From NCBI GenBank assembly GCA_040756235.1, contig JBFLZG010000044.1:1-45713 (forward strand): a DNA stretch of 45,713 nucleotides. Direction: 5' to 3'. The position numbers and the translations under genes are program-made. The notes beneath the pieces were generated by a model. The model saw nothing but the letters and a program-made list of their open reading frames with translations. It was not told where the DNA came from and did no database searches. Below, piece by piece: positions 44,972 through 45,713 of the stretch; within the stretch, counting starts at the first letter, position 1, and every line of letters starts with the position of its first letter. This DNA is from a bacterium. GTDB lineage: Bacteria; Desulfobacterota; DSWW01.

Positions 44972-45611
44972 GGTGATCATCGTGGACGATCACCTGGTCG
45001 TCCGCAAAGGACTGCGGCAACTGCTCGAGATGAGCGGCGACATCGCGGTGGTCGGGGAAGCCGGCAAGGGGCTCGAATGCCTGCAGCTGCTCGAAAAAAT
45101 CAAGCCCGACGTCATCTTCATGGACATCAAGATGCCGGGGATCAACGGCATCGAAACGACGCGTCTGATCTGCGAGAAATACCCGGATGCGAAGATCATC
45201 CTGCTCACCATGTACGAGGACGCCGATCACGTGGTGGCAGGGCTGAGAGCCGGGGCGAGGGGATACATCGTCAAGAACGCGGACAAGGACGAGATGATCA
45301 AGGCCGTCCATCGCGTGATGAAGGACGAGGCGTACCTGGACCCCTCCATCACGCGCGCCCTGATCAACATCGTGCGCGACATGCCGGGGATCCCGAGCGA
45401 GGAACGCGAGACGCTCACCCAGAGGGAGCTGGAGATCCTGAACGGGCTCTTCGAGGGCCAGTCCGACCAGAAGATCGCCGAAGTCCTGTTCATCTCCAAG
45501 CACACGGTCCGGTCCCACATCAAGACGCTGTTCCGCAAGCTGGGCGTGACTTCACGCTCCCAGGCCATCATCAAAGGCATCCAGCAGGGCATCGTCAGCG
45601 GTGCAAAGTGA
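44958..45611 (+). CDS. NarL/LuxR-family DNA-binding response regulator
   Basis: VDDH, MDIKMP, LTM, YIVK and LTQRE...TVRSH..LFRKLGV motifs; overlaps the kinase stop by 14 nt. Confidence 0.96.
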   Translation: MAPTEVIIVDDHLVVRKGLRQLLEMSGDIAVVGEAGKGLECLQLLEKIKPDVIFMDIKMPGINGIETTRLICEKYPDAKIILLTMYEDADHVVAGLRAGARGYIVKNADKDEMIKAVHRVMKDEAYLDPSITRALINIVRDMPGIPSEERETLTQRELEILNGLFEGQSDQKIAEVLFISKHTVRSHIKTLFRKLGVTSRSQAIIKGIQQGIVSGAK

Positions 45612-45713
45612 GCATCCTTCTTCCTTCATCCCGGCCCAGCTGCGAAGCGCGTGTGAGCCGGCGCCTGCAGGTTTTCTTACACCTTCTCCCCTCCGCGAGG
45701 GGAGAAGGTCGGG

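Overview
GC-rich bacterial window, probably from an anaerobic Desulfobacterota/deltaproteobacterium-like organism (inferred from AOR, MttB and PEP-CTERM genes and the repeat families). It has three parts. (1) 1-11815 is a decayed accessory island next to the 3' end of tRNA-Asn(GTT) at 11816-11891 (-). It holds a cysteine desulfurase, an orphan ADP-forming acyl-CoA ligase alpha subunit, an IS3 scar, a Fur/PerR-katG module followed by the leftover C-terminus of a monofunctional catalase, two copies of a ~385 bp DUF2924-element leader, DUF2924/DUF1016 fragments and a large PAS/GAF histidine kinase. (2) 12225-23353 has mixed genes: pRiA4b-ORF3-like, PEP-CTERM, SPOR, PilZ, SDR, FN3/PKD surface protein, FmdB zinc ribbon, a MobA-HD fusion and a PHP protein. 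(3) 23605-43083 is a co-directional 14-gene minus-strand catabolic cluster: lactonase-type hydrolase, PaaK-like CoA ligase, SDR, non-pyrrolysine MttB methyltransferase, acyl-CoA ligase, three SCP2-type thiolases, two SDRs, a two-subunit B12-dependent acyl-CoA mutase with a rewritten active site, and two non-canonical AOR-family enzymes. It faces a divergent soluble kinase/NarL-type regulator pair (43340-45611). This cluster is the best candidate for an undescribed system. Intergenic spaces in parts 2-3 carry several REP-like families and two MITE families, one of which inserts into REP loops with a TTTC duplication. All calls come from reading motifs by eye; no database search was run.
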